DNA of 45,903 nucleotides, from assembly GCA_903825325.1 (NCBI GenBank), contig CAIKAI010000128.1, positions 1-45,903 on the forward strand, written 5' to 3'. Below the pieces are notes generated by a model. The model was not told the origin of the DNA, made no database searches, and saw nothing but the letters and a program-made list of their open reading frames with translations. A program made the translations under genes and the position numbers. Positions within the stretch are counted from its first letter, which is position 1. Each line of letters begins with the position of its first letter. Source of the stretch: Candidatus Shapirobacteria bacterium. Its GTDB lineage: Bacteria > Patescibacteriota > Microgenomatia > UBA12405. Below, one piece after another: positions 16,780 through 26,184 of this stretch.

Positions 16780-18519
16780 ATGAATGGAGCAGCCCCAAAA
16801 GTTTACAAGCATTTACGGGATGTCTTATTGGATTCTGGATTGATCGATCAAGCGAAATATGATGAGATTAATTTACAACAATTAAAGACTGGTCAAACCG
16901 AGGAAGCAATAATTGACCAAATGCGGATATTGTCGGATGTGCAGATGGCTCAGGCGAAGGCACAGTACATTCGGGTGGATTATGTTGATTTGGATGAAAT
17001 TGGATTTGCCCCGGAAGCTTTGGCATTGGTGCCGGAAAGTGTGGCTCAAAAATACAAGATTGTCCCCTACTCTATGGATCCGAAGGACAAGGTCCTGTCG
17101 ATTGCCATGGTCAACCCGCTGGATTTGGAAACGGTAGAATTTTTGGAAAAGAAAACAGGCTTGAAAGTCAAAGTGGCTATTTCGACCGAAAAACAAATTG
17201 TTGGGTTTATTAAAGAGAAATATGTTCGGGAAAAAGGCATTACTTCGGAAGTGACCCAGGCATTGGATGAACGTAAAAAAGATGAAATGGAAGTGGTAGA
17301 AGCCTCGAAAAAAGTGTCGGCCGAAGCTCCGGTGGCCAAAATAGTCAATACTATTTTGGAATTTGCGGTCAAGTCGCGAGCTTCGGATGTCCACATCGAG
17401 CCGCAGGAAGATAATGTCCGGATTCGTTACCGGATTGATGGAATTTTACAAGAAAAGTATTTATTGCCGCGAAATGTTCATGATGCAGTAGTGTCGAGAA
17501 TAAAAATTTTGGCAAGTTTAAAGATTGATGAAAAGCGGGTGCCACAGGACGGTCGGTTTTTCTTTTCCGCTGACGGTAACGATGTCGATTTACGTATTTC
17601 AACCCTACCAACAACCTATGGGGAAAAGGTGGTCATGCGGTTGCTGAAAAAATCGCAGAAAGTGCCATCTTTGCCAGACTTGGGGTTGAGGGGCTTGGCC
17701 TTGAGGAATTTGCAAGACGCCATTGAACGACCGCATGGAATTATCATTGTTTGCGGACCTACCGGTTCAGGTAAAACAACAACCTTGTATTCAGTATTAG
17801 ATAAAGTGGCAACATCTCGGGTAAATGTAGTGACGATTGAAGACCCAGTAGAGTATCAAATGAAAGGAGTTAACCAAGTCCAAGTTAACACTCAGGCAGG
17901 GCTGACGTTTGCCTCAGCATTAAGGTCTTTTTTGCGGCAGGATCCGAATGTAATCATGGTCGGGGAAATCCGGGATACGGAGACGGCGGAGCTGGCAATT
18001 AATGCCTCGCTAACGGGTCATTTGGTATTTTCGACCTTGCACACCAATGACGCCGCCGGAGTACCGCCACGGATGTTGGATATGGGAGTGGAGCCGTTTT
18101 TATTGGTGTCATCATTAACCTGTGTGGTGGGTCAACGGGTGTTACGCAAAGTCTGTCCCAATTGCGTGTCGGATATGGAAATACCAGCGGAGACTGATGA
18201 GGAACTTAAATTAACTTTGGGTCCAATTTATAAAATGTTGTCAGATAAGTTCTCTAAAGATGGTAAACCAATGCGGATTCCTAAACCGGTGGGGTGTGAA
18301 AAGTGTAATAGTACTGGATATTTAGGAAGAATTGCCATTTATGAAGTCATGCCAATGAGTGAGAAATTGGCTAAATTGGTGGTGGAAAAAGTGGCTGCAT
18401 CGGATATTCAGAAAGAAGCCATGGCTGAGGGAATGTTAACCATGAAACAAGACGGTTACGTTAAAGTTTTAGAGGGGGTGACCACTATGGAAGAAGTAAT
18501 CCGGGTGGCACAGTATTAA
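16780..18519 (+). CDS. pilB: type IV pilus assembly ATPase PilB (GspE family)
   Basis: N-terminal T2SSE_N/MshEN-like domain, Walker A GPTGSGKTTT, Asp/His boxes and a tetracysteine motif (CPNC...CEKC). Confidence 0.92.
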   Translation: MNGAAPKVYKHLRDVLLDSGLIDQAKYDEINLQQLKTGQTEEAIIDQMRILSDVQMAQAKAQYIRVDYVDLDEIGFAPEALALVPESVAQKYKIVPYSMDPKDKVLSIAMVNPLDLETVEFLEKKTGLKVKVAISTEKQIVGFIKEKYVREKGITSEVTQALDERKKDEMEVVEASKKVSAEAPVAKIVNTILEFAVKSRASDVHIEPQEDNVRIRYRIDGILQEKYLLPRNVHDAVVSRIKILASLKIDEKRVPQDGRFFFSADGNDVDLRISTLPTTYGEKVVMRLLKKSQKVPSLPDLGLRGLALRNLQDAIERPHGIIIVCGPTGSGKTTTLYSVLDKVATSRVNVVTIEDPVEYQMKGVNQVQVNTQAGLTFASALRSFLRQDPNVIMVGEIRDTETAELAINASLTGHLVFSTLHTNDAAGVPPRMLDMGVEPFLLVSSLTCVVGQRVLRKVCPNCVSDMEIPAETDEELKLTLGPIYKMLSDKFSKDGKPMRIPKPVGCEKCNSTGYLGRIAIYEVMPMSEKLAKLVVEKVAASDIQKEAMAEGMLTMKQDGYVKVLEGVTTMEEVIRVAQY

Positions 18520-18520
18520 T

Positions 18521-19591
18521 ATGCACACAAAAATAAAAGAAATTCTGGAATTGGCTTTGGCGAATAATGCTTCGGACATTCATTTTTCGATGTCGGTGGC
18601 GCCAAAAATTCGGGTTAATGGAGAACTGATTGATGTCCCAAATTTTAGCTTAGATAATCCAAAGTTAATTGGGGAAATGATTTTGTCGGTGTTGTCGGAT
18701 GATCAGCAAAAAAAGTTGCAAGTTGAAAGAGAGATGGATTTGTCGATTAGTTTGGATGAATCACGATTTAGAGTCAACATGTATTATCAGCAAGGGGAAA
18801 TAAACTGTGCCATGCGGGTGGTGACTTCAAATATTCCGCTAATAAAAGATTTAAACCTGCCCTCAATTATTGAATCACTGATAGATTATCGTCAGGGTTT
18901 TGTTTTGGTGACTGGGCCGACCGGACATGGAAAATCAACCACCGTGGCCGCAATGCTAAATAAGATTAACTCGAGTCGGAAAGAACATATCTTAACCATC
19001 GAAGATCCAATTGAGTATGTGATTAAACCAGATAAGTCGTTAATTTCGCAACGGGAAATCGGCAATGACACTTTAAATTTTCCCTCGGCTCTAAAATCCG
19101 CCTTGCGGGAAGATCCAAATGTGGTATTTGTGGGAGAAATGAGAGATTTGGAGACAATTACTTCAGCACTGACTATTGCCGAGACCGGACATTTGCTATT
19201 TTCGACACTCCATACCAATTCGGCAGCGCAAACAGTGGATAGAATTATTGATGTTTTTCCTGAAGGGAGTAAAGAGCAAGTCAGGGTGCAAATGGCCAGC
19301 GTGATTACGGCGATTGTTTCGCAAAGACTAGTTCCAGGTATTGATGGGGGGCGGATTCCAGTGGTGGAAGTTTTGGTAGCCAATAACGCCGTGAGAAATG
19401 CCATTAGAGAGGGAAAATCGTTTATGCTAGATAATATAATTCAAACTGGTTCAGATTTGGGAATGGTTGGTTTGGAGACGTCATTGGCACGACTAGTCTT
19501 AGGAGGAAAAATCACCGAAGAAGTTGCCTTGAGTTATTCCTTACGTCCAACTGAACTTCAGGCCAATTTACGGAATTTGAAGAATAAATGA
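18521..19591 (+). CDS. pilT: type IV pilus retraction ATPase PilT
   Basis: 356 aa with GPTGHGKSTT and the PilT signature AVRNAIREGK. It lacks the long N-terminal domain of PilB. Confidence 0.9.
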   Translation: MHTKIKEILELALANNASDIHFSMSVAPKIRVNGELIDVPNFSLDNPKLIGEMILSVLSDDQQKKLQVEREMDLSISLDESRFRVNMYYQQGEINCAMRVVTSNIPLIKDLNLPSIIESLIDYRQGFVLVTGPTGHGKSTTVAAMLNKINSSRKEHILTIEDPIEYVIKPDKSLISQREIGNDTLNFPSALKSALREDPNVVFVGEMRDLETITSALTIAETGHLLFSTLHTNSAAQTVDRIIDVFPEGSKEQVRVQMASVITAIVSQRLVPGIDGGRIPVVEVLVANNAVRNAIREGKSFMLDNIIQTGSDLGMVGLETSLARLVLGGKITEEVALSYSLRPTELQANLRNLKNK

Positions 19592-20799
19592 GCAAGTATC
19601 GTTATGTCGCAAAAGATTGGAACGGAAAGACAATTAAGGGAGTTTTGGAAATGGCGGAAAAATCGCAGGTGGCGGAGTCAGTGAAATCGAGTGGTTTGGT
19701 GCTGTTGTCGATTGAGGAGGAAAAAAGTAATTATTTGAATCAACTTTATCGTAAATTTTTTGTGCGAGTTAAATTGAAAGATATTTCGACAATGACTCGA
19801 CAATTGTCGACAATGATGACGGCTGGGCTACCTTTAACCGACGCTTTGGCATTACTTAAGAATCAATCGGAAGCAAATGTGGCGATGTATGAAATTTTGG
19901 ACAGCTGTCTTACCCAAGTCCGGGGTGGTCAACCTTTGGGAAAATCACTGGAAAAGTTTAGAAATGTTTTTGGTGAGGCATATATCGCTTCAATTAGCGC
20001 TGGAGAGGATGCAGGGGTATTAGAGGAAATATTAACTAAGCTAGCGGCCAATTTGGAGGGGGAAAATGAATTTAATGGTAAGGTTAAAGGGGCAATGATC
20101 TATCCGGTGATCGTCATTATTGGTATGGTGATAGTGGCAACGATTATGTTGGTGTTTGTCATTCCCAAGTTACTGGGGCTTTATACTGACTTTGGTTCAA
20201 AACTGCCGGCTTCAACTCAGTTTTTAATGGACATGTCAGGATTTATGGTCAAATGGTGGTTCTTGCTGCCAATAGTGTCGGCGGGTATTTTTGCGGGATT
20301 AAGAATTGGTGACAAAAACGCGAATTTTCGATTGCAAAGAGATACTTATAAGCTCAAAGTGCCGATAATTGGGGAATTAAACGTAAAGACGATGTTGGCT
20401 AATACGATCAGAACTTTGTCGATGTTGTTGAGCGCCGGCATCGGTTTGGTCGATGCTTTAAAAATTGTGGCCAAGGTGGCGGATAATGAACAATATTCTC
20501 AGGCATATATCCGGATTGCCGAGCGGGTACAAAAAGGTTTTTCGGTGTCAAATTCGTTTGAAGAAACGGGAATATTCCCGGTGATTGTCAATCAAATGGT
20601 GTCGACCGGCGAGGCCACTGGGAAACTCGATGAAGTTTTAATGAGGGTATCGGACTATTTTGCTTCGGAAGCGGCTGAGTCGGTTAAAGCACTAACCTCG
20701 GCCATCGAGCCTTTGATTATGATCGTACTAGGAATCGGAGTTGGTTTTTTGGTGATTGCCGTGATAATGCCAATTTATAACTTGACAAGTAGTTTTTAA
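19588..20799 (+). CDS. pilC: type IV pilus platform protein PilC (GspF family)
   Basis: Two T2SSF repeats, three TM segments and an ATGA overlap with pilT. Confidence 0.9.
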   Translation: MSKYRYVAKDWNGKTIKGVLEMAEKSQVAESVKSSGLVLLSIEEEKSNYLNQLYRKFFVRVKLKDISTMTRQLSTMMTAGLPLTDALALLKNQSEANVAMYEILDSCLTQVRGGQPLGKSLEKFRNVFGEAYIASISAGEDAGVLEEILTKLAANLEGENEFNGKVKGAMIYPVIVIIGMVIVATIMLVFVIPKLLGLYTDFGSKLPASTQFLMDMSGFMVKWWFLLPIVSAGIFAGLRIGDKNANFRLQRDTYKLKVPIIGELNVKTMLANTIRTLSMLLSAGIGLVDALKIVAKVADNEQYSQAYIRIAERVQKGFSVSNSFEETGIFPVIVNQMVSTGEATGKLDEVLMRVSDYFASEAAESVKALTSAIEPLIMIVLGIGVGFLVIAVIMPIYNLTSSF

Positions 20800-20810
20800 G
20801 AGTCAATAAT
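20782..20810 (+). promoter_or_regulatory. sigma70-type promoter TTGACA-17-AATAAT inside the 3' end of pilC, driving the major pilin gene
   Basis: Perfect -35 at 20782-20787, a 17-nt spacer and AATAAT at 20805-20810. The ATG follows at 20843. Confidence 0.5.
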
Positions 20811-20842
20811 GAATTATAAATATTTATATTTTTTAAAATAAA

Positions 20843-21529
20843 ATGAAAAGAATAATGAAAGACGGTTTTACATTAGTGGAACTGTTGATTGTCATTTCCT
20901 TGATCGCTATCTTATCAGTAGCTGTTTTGGCAACAATCAACCCAATTGAGCAGGCTAACAAAGCCCGGGATGCATCAGTCCAAAACGATGCTGCCGAAGT
21001 ATTGAATGCTTACGAACGTTACTATACCAATACCCAACATTATCCATGGATGGATGTGAGCGGGGCAACAGTAACCACTGTTAATGCTGCATATTATGGG
21101 AGAAGTAACCAAATTGGTTTTGGTTTGTGTGGACATGGATCGGCGACAAGCGACCGAGATGGTTGTTCAACTCAAACGACTCCGGGCCAGCTGATTACCA
21201 CCCAAGAGTTAAAGGATTCCTTTTTGTCAAAAAGTTATACCAAATTGCCCTCTCAGAATGGGTATAGCGTTCAAGATCAGCTATATGTAATTAAATTACC
21301 TTCGGATCAGGGTAACTCGATATACGTGTGCTATGTGCCACAGGCAAAGTCGAACCGCAATCCGGTAAATAATTCAACTTGGAATTTGTATGCATTGTCT
21401 TTTGCTGGTGCAGATGAAGATGGAGCACTGCCAACTGCAATGTCACCGGTGGCGATTGGTACTACAGCTTCCTTTAATAAGTTGTTAACTAACGGCGGAA
21501 ATGACACTTTATTCCGCTGCGTACCGTAA
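20843..21529 (+). CDS. type IV pilin, probable major pilin
   Basis: Prepilin leader MKRIMKDG|FTLVELLIVISLIAIL with Glu+5. It has its own promoter and a strong downstream hairpin, and it is the first pilin after pilBTC. Confidence 0.8.
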   Translation: MKRIMKDGFTLVELLIVISLIAILSVAVLATINPIEQANKARDASVQNDAAEVLNAYERYYTNTQHYPWMDVSGATVTTVNAAYYGRSNQIGFGLCGHGSATSDRDGCSTQTTPGQLITTQELKDSFLSKSYTKLPSQNGYSVQDQLYVIKLPSDQGNSIYVCYVPQAKSNRNPVNNSTWNLYALSFAGADEDGALPTAMSPVAIGTTASFNKLLTNGGNDTLFRCVP

Positions 21530-21550
21530 AGAAATTTAGAATAGTTTTTT

Positions 21551-21576
21551 AAACCCCCTTCTAACAGAGGGGGTTT
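21551..21576 (+). terminator. intrinsic terminator-like hairpin after the major pilin gene
   Basis: AAACCCCCT-tctaacag-AGGGGGTTT followed by T residues. Confidence 0.65.
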
Positions 21577-21583
21577 TAGGTTG

Positions 21584-21589
21584 TAGAAT
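21584..21589 (+). promoter_or_regulatory. -10 box TAGAAT, 7 nt upstream of the pilD ATG (leaderless-type)
   Basis: Sequence reads tTAGAATacttattATG, immediately after the terminator hairpin. Confidence 0.4.
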
Positions 21590-21596
21590 ACTTATT

Positions 21597-22352
21597 ATGA
21601 ATATTTTTATTAATGCCATGTTATTTTTAATTGGTTTGTGTTTGGGAAGTTTTGTAAATATGCTGGGATATCGGACAGCGATAAATTACAAATTATTAAA
21701 AAGACCAAAAACCAAAACTCAAAGACCAAATGATAATAGATCCTACTGTGATTTTTGTGGGAAGCAATTAAGTTGGTATGAAAATGTGCCGATAGTTTCT
21801 TGGCTGGTATTAAGAGGAAAAACCAAATGTTGCCATAAGAAATTGCCGGCGGAATATCCACTGGTCGAACTGGCGATGGGGATATTATTTAGTCTTCAAT
21901 CTACAAACTTCAATCTTCAATCAATAATATTTTTGGTAATGATCGTTTTATTAGTGTTTAGTTTGGTGTTTGATCTGAAATATATGATCTTGCCGGATTT
22001 TTCAACTTATATTTTAATAGTAATTGCGGCGATATTTTTTCATAATTGGTTAAGTGGGTTGGGTGCGGGATTATTTTTATTGGCATTACATGTGGGGACA
22101 AAAGGACGGGGGTTGGGCATGGGTGATGTTAAGTTGGCCTTATTTATGGGTTTATTATTAGGTTGGCCAAAAATAATTTTGGCATTTTATATTGCTTTTG
22201 TGGCCGGGGCAATTGTGGGGGTAACTTTAATGGTGTTGAAAAAAGCTAACCGGAAAACCATGGTGCCATTTGGTCCGTTTCTAATTGGGGGAACTTTGGT
22301 GTCCTGGTGGTTTGGTGATTTAATAATAAAGAGCGTAAAATTATTTTTATGA
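21597..22352 (+). CDS. pilD: prepilin peptidase / N-methyltransferase (A24 family)
   Basis: Cys motif CDFC...CC, polytopic TM topology and catalytic Asp contexts DLKYMILPD and GMGDVKL. Confidence 0.9.
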   Translation: MNIFINAMLFLIGLCLGSFVNMLGYRTAINYKLLKRPKTKTQRPNDNRSYCDFCGKQLSWYENVPIVSWLVLRGKTKCCHKKLPAEYPLVELAMGILFSLQSTNFNLQSIIFLVMIVLLVFSLVFDLKYMILPDFSTYILIVIAAIFFHNWLSGLGAGLFLLALHVGTKGRGLGMGDVKLALFMGLLLGWPKIILAFYIAFVAGAIVGVTLMVLKKANRKTMVPFGPFLIGGTLVSWWFGDLIIKSVKLFL

Positions 22353-23017
22353 AACAGGGATTTACATTAATCGAATTTTTAGTGGCGATGGCGATTTTAA
22401 TGGTTATGGTAATTTTTTCAGTGGGGGCTTTGAATCCGGCGGCGATGTTTGCTCGAGCCAGAGATGCCCAAAGAAAAAAGGATTTGGGAAGAATTAAAGT
22501 AGCGTTTGAAGAATACTACAGCGATAAAGGCTGCTATCCATCTCAAGCTTTAATCGATAGTTTGAATTGTGGTGGAAATGGATTTGCTCCAATGTTGAGC
22601 CCTTGGCCCTGTGATCCTCAAGGAGTGGGAAATAAGTTCACGATTATTTCTGATCCAAGTGGTTGCCCGAAGTCGTATAGAGCGTTAACTAATTTAGAAA
22701 ACAAAAATGATCCACAAATTCCGGCAACTTGGTATAAAACCTATTTTGTGGTTCACTACGGAAATGGTAGTTTAACTCGAGATGATATTAATTTTGGAGT
22801 TTCCAGTTCCAATGTCAGTTGGTACGATGTTTATTTGGATCCAAATTGTTTGTCGCCACGCAAGGAATGTTATAAAAGAAGTCCCGAGGGAAGTTGTCAG
22901 GCGGTGATGGGAGGAACGACTCAAAAAATATATGATGCTTGGACGAATAGTAATGATTGTTCAGTAAACTCTATTTGCCATGTCCCCTGTTGTTATCAGG
23001 GAAATGTTTGTAATTGA
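22349..23017 (+). CDS. pilin-like protein, Cys-rich (12 Cys) globular domain
   Basis: Leader MKQG|FTLIEFLVAMAIL. The C-terminus reads ...CSVNSICHVPCCYQGNVCN. Confidence 0.8.
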   Translation: MKQGFTLIEFLVAMAILMVMVIFSVGALNPAAMFARARDAQRKKDLGRIKVAFEEYYSDKGCYPSQALIDSLNCGGNGFAPMLSPWPCDPQGVGNKFTIISDPSGCPKSYRALTNLENKNDPQIPATWYKTYFVVHYGNGSLTRDDINFGVSSSNVSWYDVYLDPNCLSPRKECYKRSPEGSCQAVMGGTTQKIYDAWTNSNDCSVNSICHVPCCYQGNVCN

Positions 23018-23030
23018 GGATAAATAGTTT

Positions 23031-23507
23031 ATGATAAATACAATGCGCAAGAATGGTTTTACTCTAATGGAATTGTTGGTGGTGATTGCGATTATTTCTA
23101 TTTTGACGATTGTGACAGTGGCTCAATTTAATACCGCCAAAAAGAAAGCTAACGATGTGGCTCGTAAAGGTGATCTAAATGCGGTGTCAAAGGCGATACA
23201 AATGTACTTTACCGATTATGGAGTCTTTCCTCCGGTCAATAAAATAAACTGGGGAGATGCTTTTACCGACGTCAGTGGTTATGTTTATATGAAAGTATTA
23301 CCAGTGGAGAATTTTACCGATATCCCCTATTGTTACAAAATTAGTTTAGATGGTAAGAAATACGCTTTATATGCAAATTTGGAAAACACGACTGATAAAG
23401 AGTGCACGGTGGGGGCATATAGTTGTGGTGGTAGGCCTAATGCCTATTGTTATGGAATAACCAGCCCGAATACTAATTTAAGCGAGATGAATGATGTTCT
23501 GCCTTAA
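23031..23507 (+). CDS. type IV pilin-like protein
   Basis: Leader MINTMRKNG|FTLMELLVVIAIISIL. Confidence 0.8.
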   Translation: MINTMRKNGFTLMELLVVIAIISILTIVTVAQFNTAKKKANDVARKGDLNAVSKAIQMYFTDYGVFPPVNKINWGDAFTDVSGYVYMKVLPVENFTDIPYCYKISLDGKKYALYANLENTTDKECTVGAYSCGGRPNAYCYGITSPNTNLSEMNDVLP

Positions 23508-23949
23508 ATCAAAATCTAATATAAAAAATGGTTTTACGTTAGTGGAATTATTGGTGGCGATTGCAATTATGGCGACGTTAATGGCAATTCTATTGCCAAA
23601 TTTATTGGGAGCTCGGGAGAGGGCAACTGATTCCCAAAAGATTCAAAATTTAACAGCGATTAAAAGTGCCTTAAGGCTTTATTATAATGATCATCAATCT
23701 TACCCGGCTGGTTCGGGGATTGCTTTGGATGCGGGGATGAGTGGGTACATTAATATCGGCAGTACAGATTATAGTTATTATCAAACCAATAATGGTGACA
23801 GCTTTTTGCTGTGTTCAAATTTATCGAGTGGAGTTGGGTCAGATAGCACTGATTCACAAGCCAGATGTGGCTTGCCAGTAAACTTTCAAATTTGTAACAT
23901 TGGGGCCAATACGACAGTGCCGGGAGTTTATGTGGAATGTGCAAAATAA
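23491..23949 (+). CDS. type IV pilin-like protein
   Basis: Leader ...KSNIKNG|FTLVELLVAIAIMATL. It overlaps the previous gene by 17 nt. Confidence 0.8.
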   Translation: MMFCLKSKSNIKNGFTLVELLVAIAIMATLMAILLPNLLGARERATDSQKIQNLTAIKSALRLYYNDHQSYPAGSGIALDAGMSGYINIGSTDYSYYQTNNGDSFLLCSNLSSGVGSDSTDSQARCGLPVNFQICNIGANTTVPGVYVECAK

Positions 23950-23960
23950 ATCCCTCCAAA

Positions 23961-23982
23961 TCTCCCTTTGAAGAAAGTGAGA
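23961..23982. repeat. CCTTTGAAGAAAG-type hairpin, degenerate copy
   Basis: tctcCCTTTgaagAAAGtgaga (one mismatch), 12 nt after the pilin stop. Confidence 0.55.
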
Positions 23983-24013
23983 CTTTATTATAAATTAATA
24001 AAAAATAACAATT

Positions 24014-24460
24014 ATGAAAAAAATAAAAAATGGTTTTACGCTATTTGAGTTGTTGGTGTCGATTTCAATAATTGCGATTTTGACAGCGTTAGCGATTATT
24101 TCCTATAGTTCGGCACAAAAGAAGGCTAGAGATACCCGACGGCAGGAAGATGTGCAAATGATGGCTAAAGCGGCCGAACAATATTATTCACAAAATTCAT
24201 ATTCTTATCCTCAAGGAACGACGGTGGCCAACTGGACTCCAGCGAGCAGTGGAACCCCTTTACTAAACGTTTTTCCGGTCGACCCTAAAAATGTGGCACC
24301 ATATACTTATAATTACACAACCAATGCACCGAATTTCACCCTTTATTGTGTTTGTGCTCATTTAGAGAGCGGAACCGGAAACTCGTCGACTAATGGAGCC
24401 AATGGGGTTTGTGATTACTCAACCCCAGGGCCTTATTTTTGTGCCAGTAATCAACAATAA
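24014..24460 (+). CDS. type IV pilin-like protein
   Basis: Leader MKKIKNG|FTLFELLVSISIIAIL. Confidence 0.8.
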   Translation: MKKIKNGFTLFELLVSISIIAILTALAIISYSSAQKKARDTRRQEDVQMMAKAAEQYYSQNSYSYPQGTTVANWTPASSGTPLLNVFPVDPKNVAPYTYNYTTNAPNFTLYCVCAHLESGTGNSSTNGANGVCDYSTPGPYFCASNQQ

Positions 24461-24472
24461 AATCGGTCCCTA

Positions 24473-24496
24473 CCCCTCCTTTGAAGAAAGGAGGGG
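24473..24496. repeat. perfect 10-bp hairpin CCCCTCCTTT-gaag-AAAGGAGGGG between pilin genes
   Basis: Perfect palindrome 13 nt after the pilin stop. The loop and flanks match the element at 23961-23982. Confidence 0.75.
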
Positions 24497-24516
24497 AAAT
24501 CAATAATAAACAAAAC

Positions 24517-24924
24517 ATGAAACAAAAAATAAAAAATGGATTTACGTTAGTAGAGTTGATCGTGGTAATAACAATTATTGCGGTGATTTCGACCATGGCC
24601 TTAATTAGTTTTACGGGGACAAATAGAAAAGCCCGTGATGCCAGAAGAATTTCGGACATGCAAAAAATTGCCATTGCTTTGGAAATGATGCGCCAGGTTA
24701 TTTCGATGTATCCGCCGGCAGCGTCTTCACAACCGGTGGGCTTGGTGCCAAATTATTTACAAGCCTGGCCCACTGACCCAAAAGGTTATAGCTATGTTTA
24801 TACTCAGATAGATAACTATCATTATGCTGTCTACGGGTACATGGAAGATTTGGGATCGACTAACACAACAACGGCGATAAGTTGTATTGGGGGAAATTGT
24901 AATTATAAAATAACTAATCCTTAA
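24517..24924 (+). CDS. type IV pilin-like protein
   Basis: I take the ATG at 24517 (MKQKIKNG|FTLVELIVVITIIAVIS). The track start, TTG at 24481, lies inside the hairpin. Confidence 0.8.
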   Translation: MKQKIKNGFTLVELIVVITIIAVISTMALISFTGTNRKARDARRISDMQKIAIALEMMRQVISMYPPAASSQPVGLVPNYLQAWPTDPKGYSYVYTQIDNYHYAVYGYMEDLGSTNTTTAISCIGGNCNYKITNP

Positions 24925-24938
24925 AAACCCTAACCCTA

Positions 24939-24962
24939 CCCTTTCCCTTGACAGGGCAAGGG
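24939..24962. repeat. CCCTTGACAGGG-type hairpin element, copy B
   Basis: CCCTTtCCCTtgacAGGGcAAGGG. It shares ttcccttgacagggca with 12736-12755. Confidence 0.6.
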
Positions 24963-24964
24963 TT

Positions 24965-24970
24965 TAGAAT
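24965..24970 (+). promoter_or_regulatory. -10 box TAGAAT, 5 nt upstream of the ATG at 24976 (leaderless-type)
   Basis: Sequence reads ttTAGAATtgattATG. Confidence 0.4.
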
Positions 24971-24975
24971 TGATT

Positions 24976-25746
24976 ATGAGTAAAGGATTTACGTTAGTGG
25001 AATTGATGGTGGTGATCGTAATTTCAATTTTATTGGTGACGGGTGGAGTGATATCGCTTAATAATTATTTAGCTCAAGAAAAAATTAACAGCGCTTCAAC
25101 TTCGTTGGTATCAATGCTTAGTCTGGCTAAAAATTATGCTCAAACTAAACAAACACCGATAGGATATATGAGTCAGGTTGACTATGTATCGATTCGACTT
25201 GGTATCGCTGGTAGACTTAGGGCTTTCCCGGCAAATAATACGAATGGAGTCGATTTGAATACAACTTATTTTGATTTGTTTATTTCACCGCAATCGCCGA
25301 TTTTAGCCACATTAGTCAATCCAGACACATTAAATTTTGCCGCGGGAACTGGAAAACTTGTGGGGAGCCATGGTGTGCCAGTAGACTCTAATTTTTCCGT
25401 AGGCATAACAATAAGTACTCCGGAGGTTAACAATATTAGTCGCCAGATTATCATTAATGCAATTGGTCAAATTAATAGTTACGCCATGAGTCCGGATGTT
25501 TTGACTTTTGCCCCAACTCCGGTGCCAACGAGTACTCCAATACCTTCACCGACACCAATTCTGCCAACGCCAACGCCAACACCGATTCCCCCATCGCCAA
25601 CGCCAACTCCAACCACGATTGGTTGTAACACTTTTTGTGGAATAAAATACGGTAGTGCGGGTTTTTGTCGGAACAGCTGTCTTAATGGCACTCATGACGA
25701 AGGTAATTCAATGTGTACTCTGTTACAGAGGTGCTGTTGTAATTAG
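24976..25746 (+). CDS. pseudopilin (GspH/FimT-like size) with Pro/Thr linker and C-terminal 8-Cys mini-domain
   Basis: Leader MSKG|FTLVELMVVIVISILL, linker PTPVPTSTPIPSPTPILPTPTPTPIPPSPTPTPTT, and terminal IGCNTFCGIKYGSAGFCRNSCLNGTHDEGNSMCTLLQRCCCN. Confidence 0.8.
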   Translation: MSKGFTLVELMVVIVISILLVTGGVISLNNYLAQEKINSASTSLVSMLSLAKNYAQTKQTPIGYMSQVDYVSIRLGIAGRLRAFPANNTNGVDLNTTYFDLFISPQSPILATLVNPDTLNFAAGTGKLVGSHGVPVDSNFSVGITISTPEVNNISRQIIINAIGQINSYAMSPDVLTFAPTPVPTSTPIPSPTPILPTPTPTPIPPSPTPTPTTIGCNTFCGIKYGSAGFCRNSCLNGTHDEGNSMCTLLQRCCCN

Positions 25747-25749
25747 AAT

Positions 25750-26184
25750 ATGATTTATAAAATTGAAATGAACCGAGGACAAAGTTTGATTGAGGTAGTA
25801 TTCGCCATCGGGTTAATTTTGTTGGTAGTTTCGGGAATTGTCTCGTTGATGTTAAGTTCACTGGGGTCGCGATCCAAGGGTTACGATCGGCTAAAGGCAG
25901 TGGAATTGTCACAAATTGTGATGGAGAGTATGGTTAACGAAAAAACTACCGATCCGAGTAGTTTTTGGAATTCGCATTCGACTTTTTGGACCACAAATAT
26001 GGGGACAACTCAAACAAATACAAATTATCCAAATTACAACTATACCGTGGCGGCTAATCCCCGAAATGATCCGGGATGTAACAATACCGCGACGGCAATG
26101 AACTGTATGGATGTGGTGGTTAGTGTGGGGTGGAGCGGCAGTCAGAATACAGAATCTTATAATCAGTTTTTTAGCAATAAATGA
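25750..26184 (+). CDS. minor pilin-like protein with atypical cleavage site (G|QSLIE)
   Basis: ...MNRGQSLIEVVFAIGLILLVVSG keeps Glu+5. An alternative ATG at 25768 would give the short leader MNRG and has TATAAA 6 nt upstream. Confidence 0.65.
   Translation: MIYKIEMNRGQSLIEVVFAIGLILLVVSGIVSLMLSSLGSRSKGYDRLKAVELSQIVMESMVNEKTTDPSSFWNSHSTFWTTNMGTTQTNTNYPNYNYTVAANPRNDPGCNNTATAMNCMDVVVSVGWSGSQNTESYNQFFSNK

Noticed and set aside
24481-24516. The track's TTG start at 24481 for the pilin gene, giving leader MKKGGEINNKQN...
   Set aside because: This TTG sits in the loop of a perfect 10-bp hairpin. The ATG at 24517 gives the same short basic leader (MKQKIKNG|F) as the sister pilins.
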